DNA from: Gammaproteobacteria bacterium
Lineage (GTDB): Bacteria; Pseudomonadota; Gammaproteobacteria; UBA6429; Thiohalophilaceae
Length of the DNA stretch: 64,000 nucleotides
Reading direction: 5' to 3'
Assembly (NCBI GenBank): GCA_030594815.1
Contig: JAUVEN010000003.1
Location: 2,936 to 66,935 of the forward strand
Below, in pieces: positions 60,894 through 64,000 of this stretch. A program made the position numbers and the translations under genes. Every line of letters starts with the position of its first letter. Positions within the stretch are counted from its first letter, which is position 1. Under the pieces are notes generated by a model that searched no databases, was not told the DNA's origin, and saw nothing but the letters and a program-made list of their open reading frames with translations.

Positions 60894-61931
60894 ATGTCGT
60901 TTAAACGTTTTTTAGCTTTATTCTTCAGCAGAAATAAAGAATTTATACGAGATCGTTCTTCATTGAGCTGGAATATTCTCATGCCTGTATTAATTGTGGC
61001 GGGATTTTCTTTTGCATTCTCAGGTGATATTGGTAAGCAGTTTAAAGTGGGCGTCATCAATGAATCTTCTGCAACCCTACAAGCAAAAACTTTTATAAGT
61101 TTAAAGCACATTGAATTTTATTCTGTTGATGCTTCAGATAGCGCAATTTCGCATTCGATTAAAAAGGTTCAGCGTCATCAAGTGGATATGTTGCTGGATG
61201 CTAAAAAGCAACAATACTGGATTAATACTAAATCACCCAGTGGTTATCTCGTTGAAAAAATTCTACTGGGTTTACAAAATAAAATCGGTTCAGAAAAACA
61301 ACTATTTGAAAAGCAAACGGTTAGCGGTAAACAGATTCGATATATTGACTGGGTTATTCCAGGAATTTTATCAATGAACATGATGTTTAGCGCATTATTC
61401 GGTGTTGGTTTTGTCATTGTTCGCTATCGAAAAAATGGCATGCTTAAAAGATTAAAAGCTACACCTATTACTGCTTTTGAGTATTTGTCAGCACAAATTG
61501 CATCGCGCATGATCTTAATCATGGTGGTAACTGCATTTGTTTTTTATGGAACACATTTTTTTGTTGACTTTGTCATGAACGGATCACATTTAAATTTATT
61601 TTTAGTGTTTGCGCTCGGCGCTTTAAGCATGATCAGTTTAGGTTTGATTATTGCAGCTAGAATTAAAAGTGAAGAAACGGCAGGTGGATTACTTAATTTA
61701 TTTAGCTGGCCGATGATGTTTTTTTCCGGAGTCTGGTTTTCACTTGAAGGGGCCGCACCAGTAATGCAAAACATTGCAGAAATATTTCCTCTTACTCATG
61801 TTACTGCTGCTGCCCGCGCTATTATGATTGATGGAGCAGGGTTGCTTGATATTAGTTACCACTTAATAATACTTGCTGTTCAAAGTGTCGTATTTTTATT
61901 TTTTGGTGCATGGTTTTTTAAATGGGATTAA
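60894..61931 (+). CDS. ABC-2-type exporter permease (YbhR/YhhJ-like, large first extracytoplasmic loop)
   Basis: 345 aa with one N-terminal TM helix, a soluble loop of about 120 aa, then five TM helices. Confidence 0.75.
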   Translation: MSFKRFLALFFSRNKEFIRDRSSLSWNILMPVLIVAGFSFAFSGDIGKQFKVGVINESSATLQAKTFISLKHIEFYSVDASDSAISHSIKKVQRHQVDMLLDAKKQQYWINTKSPSGYLVEKILLGLQNKIGSEKQLFEKQTVSGKQIRYIDWVIPGILSMNMMFSALFGVGFVIVRYRKNGMLKRLKATPITAFEYLSAQIASRMILIMVVTAFVFYGTHFFVDFVMNGSHLNLFLVFALGALSMISLGLIIAARIKSEETAGGLLNLFSWPMMFFSGVWFSLEGAAPVMQNIAEIFPLTHVTAAARAIMIDGAGLLDISYHLIILAVQSVVFLFFGAWFFKWD

Positions 61932-62577
61932 TGTTTGATATTGCTTTTAGTTGAAATCCATCTTCGTTAAGTTTTTGTATGAAGCTATCAAGACTTGCTA
62001 AAAAAACATCTGCTTGTTTATGTGTGTCATGTAAAAGAATGATGTCGCCACTTTTTATTCTATGAAATCTCCGTATCCATATTTCATTCGTAAAGTCTCT
62101 TTTAGTATCATAATAACGATGTTGCCACATAATGGGCTTTTCGCTTTTTTGTTTCATTATTAGTCTGAGTTCAGGTGTACGTATACCAACAGGTGGTCTA
62201 AATCCAACTGATGCGCCCCCCGAATATTTAGCGATAATGTTTTCTCCTTGATTTATCCATTTACTCAGTGCTGTTTTCCCTTTAAAAAATATTGTTGTGC
62301 TGTGATCAATGGAATGATTTCCAATTGAATGGCCGTCCTCAAGAATTCGATTGAAAACATTCATATTTTCTCTGATATTGTTTCCTACAATAAAAAAAGT
62401 AGCCTTTGCGTTGTGTTTGTTCAATAAGTCCAGGACTTTTGGGGTGCAATATGAGTTTGGTCCATCATCAAAGGTTAAATAGATCGTTTTATCATTCGAC
62501 GTAATATTTCGAAAGCAGGGGCCAACAATATAATCACTTATGATATTAAACAAACTCATGGTTTTTGATATGAACAA
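61918..62577 (-). CDS. Polysaccharide deacetylase (NodB-homology domain)
   Basis: 219 aa with LTFDDGP, ATFF and GNHS..H motifs. Its 3' end overlaps the convergent permease gene by 14 nt. Confidence 0.8.
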   Translation of the reverse strand: MFISKTMSLFNIISDYIVGPCFRNITSNDKTIYLTFDDGPNSYCTPKVLDLLNKHNAKATFFIVGNNIRENMNVFNRILEDGHSIGNHSIDHSTTIFFKGKTALSKWINQGENIIAKYSGGASVGFRPPVGIRTPELRLIMKQKSEKPIMWQHRYYDTKRDFTNEIWIRRFHRIKSGDIILLHDTHKQADVFLASLDSFIQKLNEDGFQLKAISNINPI

Positions 62578-62598
62578 TTATAGTTTTATAAATAAAAA

Positions 62599-62620
62599 AG
62601 CCCCAAAAGAGGGGCTTTTT
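62599..62620 (-). terminator. Rho-independent terminator downstream of the PPIase gene (hairpin flanked by A- and T-runs, so usable in both directions)
   Basis: aaaaaaGCCCCaaaagaGGGGCttttt. Confidence 0.75.
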
Positions 62621-62638
62621 AAAATTACTAGATTAAAG

Positions 62639-63442
62639 TTATTTAATTTCAATCTTCGCTTTGTTACGTAATTTTACGACATATTCTTGTAAACGTTTGT
62701 TTTGAACAACAGGTTTGATTTGTTCTTTTATATCTGCAAATTTCGGTAGTTCACGTGTACGTGAATCTTCAAGTTTAATGATATGGAAGCCAAATCGTGT
62801 TTTAACAGGTTTTTGACTATGTGTACCTTTTTTCATTTTTGCTGTCGCTTGAGAAAAAGCAGGAACCATTTGTGCTGCAGAGAACCAGCCTAAATCACCG
62901 CCATTTTTTCCTGATGGTCCAGTAGATTCTTTTTTAGCAACTTCTTCGAAGTTTGCACCATCATTAAGTTCTTTAATTAATTTTTTTGCTTTAGCTTCTT
63001 CTTTTACCAGGATATGGCGGGCTTTGTATTCTTTTGGATCTGCGCTTCCAACTTGTTTGTCATAAATTTCTTTTAATTCTTTATCACTAATTGGTTTAGA
63101 TGCTGGTGATTGAGCTATAAGTGCCTGAATCAATAAATTGTTTTTAAGCAACTCAAGCTGGGCTTTAAGTTTTTTATTTTTATCTAATTTAAGTTTTTTT
63201 GCTTCTTGCAGAAGAACTTCACGATTAATTAATTCGTCTAAAATAACCTGGCGACTAACAGGTGCTGCTGGTTTACCTTTAGAGTTTTTTGCCTGACGTT
63301 GTTTTAAATGTGCCTGGTATTGTTTTTGTGTGATATTTTTACCATTTACCGCCGCGACCGAGTTTTTACCTAAGGCAAAGGCTGAGTTAGATAATAATGC
63401 TGCGAGTAAAATACTTGCTGCACTTAAAGTGATTCTGTTCAT
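62639..63442 (-). CDS. Periplasmic parvulin-type peptidyl-prolyl cis-trans isomerase
   Basis: 267 aa with a signal peptide (..LLSNSAFA/LG) and a PpiC rotamase domain (ARHILV..., GGDLGWF, FGFHIIKL). Confidence 0.85.
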   Translation of the reverse strand: MNRITLSAASILLAALLSNSAFALGKNSVAAVNGKNITQKQYQAHLKQRQAKNSKGKPAAPVSRQVILDELINREVLLQEAKKLKLDKNKKLKAQLELLKNNLLIQALIAQSPASKPISDKELKEIYDKQVGSADPKEYKARHILVKEEAKAKKLIKELNDGANFEEVAKKESTGPSGKNGGDLGWFSAAQMVPAFSQATAKMKKGTHSQKPVKTRFGFHIIKLEDSRTRELPKFADIKEQIKPVVQNKRLQEYVVKLRNKAKIEIK

Positions 63443-63468
63443 GATATTTTCCTTAATGATTTATTGAA

Positions 63469-63768
63469 TTAGGGTAAGACTTTTTTAAAGGGTTTAACTA
63501 TCACAGACTCATATGCGCCTGATTGAATATATGGATCGTTATCTGCCCATTCCTGAGCGTCTTCTAATGATTTAAATTCTGCAATAACTAATGAACCGGT
63601 AAAGCCTGCTGGACCAGGTTCATTGTTATCAATAGCCGGGTGAGGGCCAGCGATAATAAGACGACCTTGTTCTTTTAATTTTTCCAGACGTTCAATATGT
63701 GCAGGACGAACAGAGAGTCTTTTTTCAAGACTGTTTTCTACATCCTGTGAAATTATGGCGTATAACAT
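63469..63768 (-). CDS. yciI: YciI-family protein
   Basis: 99 aa with MLY.I...D......R...RP.H..RL..L...GRL..AGP....D and DPY...G.Y. Confidence 0.8.
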   Translation of the reverse strand: MLYAIISQDVENSLEKRLSVRPAHIERLEKLKEQGRLIIAGPHPAIDNNEPGPAGFTGSLVIAEFKSLEDAQEWADNDPYIQSGAYESVIVKPFKKVLP

Positions 63769-63769
63769 T

Positions 63770-64000
63770 TTATTCAGCTTCTTCTTTTAATTTAGATTTT
63801 TCTTCATCTGTTGCATTGCTTTCTTCGGGCATGTGTTTTGCGAGAAATATTGCCTGGAGTATTACAAATAATATCGTTAGTCCCAACATGCCATAGGTTT
63901 TAAAATCTACCCATGTTGAGAGGTCATAATTAAATGCAACGTATAAATTAGCAAAGCCCATCGCGGTAAAGAAAGCAACCCACGCATAATTTAGCTTATG
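63770..64000 (-). CDS. yciB: Intracellular septation protein A (YciB/IspZ), 5'-truncated by window edge
   Basis: The frame is open to the window edge ([32 protein letters not shown]). This matches the C-terminal TM helices of YciB, followed by an acidic tail. Confidence 0.7.
   Translation of the reverse strand, partial: HKLNYAWVAFFTAMGFANLYVAFNYDLSTWVDFKTYGMLGLTILFVILQAIFLAKHMPEESNATDEEKSKLKEEAE

Overview
This window looks like a chromosomal segment of a visibly AT-rich gammaproteobacterium. It carries smc-zipA-ligA rather than mukBEF, and I cannot name the taxon without a database search. I call about 57 protein-coding genes, and most are core housekeeping.

Gene content in order:
- The 3' part of a [NiFe]-hydrogenase maturation cluster (hypB-hypD-hypF-hypE), followed by two hybrid histidine kinases.
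- An accessory ABC/LolA-like/outer-membrane-barrel export cluster.
- An RNA-metabolism and cold-shock neighbourhood: ybiT plus an RRM protein, rhlE plus a NYN-domain protein, and a cspA-like gene.
- An MscS-family channel, a B12/radical-SAM enzyme, pdxH, and a GAF-GGDEF-EAL protein next to a REC-HATPase protein.
- The complete rimP-nusA-infB-rbfA-truB-rpsO-pnp block.
- acs, a YcgR-like PilZ protein, gluQ, a third hybrid kinase, dksA, an HD-GYP protein, and mtgA-cysZ-FGGY kinase-queF.
- smc-zipA-ligA, an ABC-2 exporter, a polysaccharide deacetylase, a parvulin PPIase, and yciI-yciB.

By eye I found no rRNA, tRNA, CRISPR array, transposase, integrase, or recognisable phage or defence module. I do not claim a new defence system.

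Signals the core genes do not explain:
1. A 4.9-kb five-gene block is bracketed by 62-bp direct repeats. The repeats are a duplicated 3' end of the RRM-protein gene, and one copy is a relic with an in-frame stop.
2. That block encodes a translationally coupled MacB/Lol-like ABC system plus a LolA-like protein and an outer-membrane barrel. A split Met/His/Gly-rich secreted protein gene lies divergent from it.
3. DksA carries a roughly 55-residue histone-H1-like AKKK-repeat N-terminal extension. Its usual dksA-gluQ linkage is interrupted by opposite-strand genes.
4. An untracked 41-codon ORF beginning MSCCGGCGG has its own ribosome-binding site and terminator.
5. At least five families of GC-rich REP, REPIN or MITE-like palindromic elements are present. 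Two of them supply the TAG stop codon of the upstream gene.
6. A -10 hexamer followed by GCGCGC recurs in front of ybiT, rhlE and rpsO.

All functional calls rest on motif recognition from memory and need HMM or BLAST confirmation.
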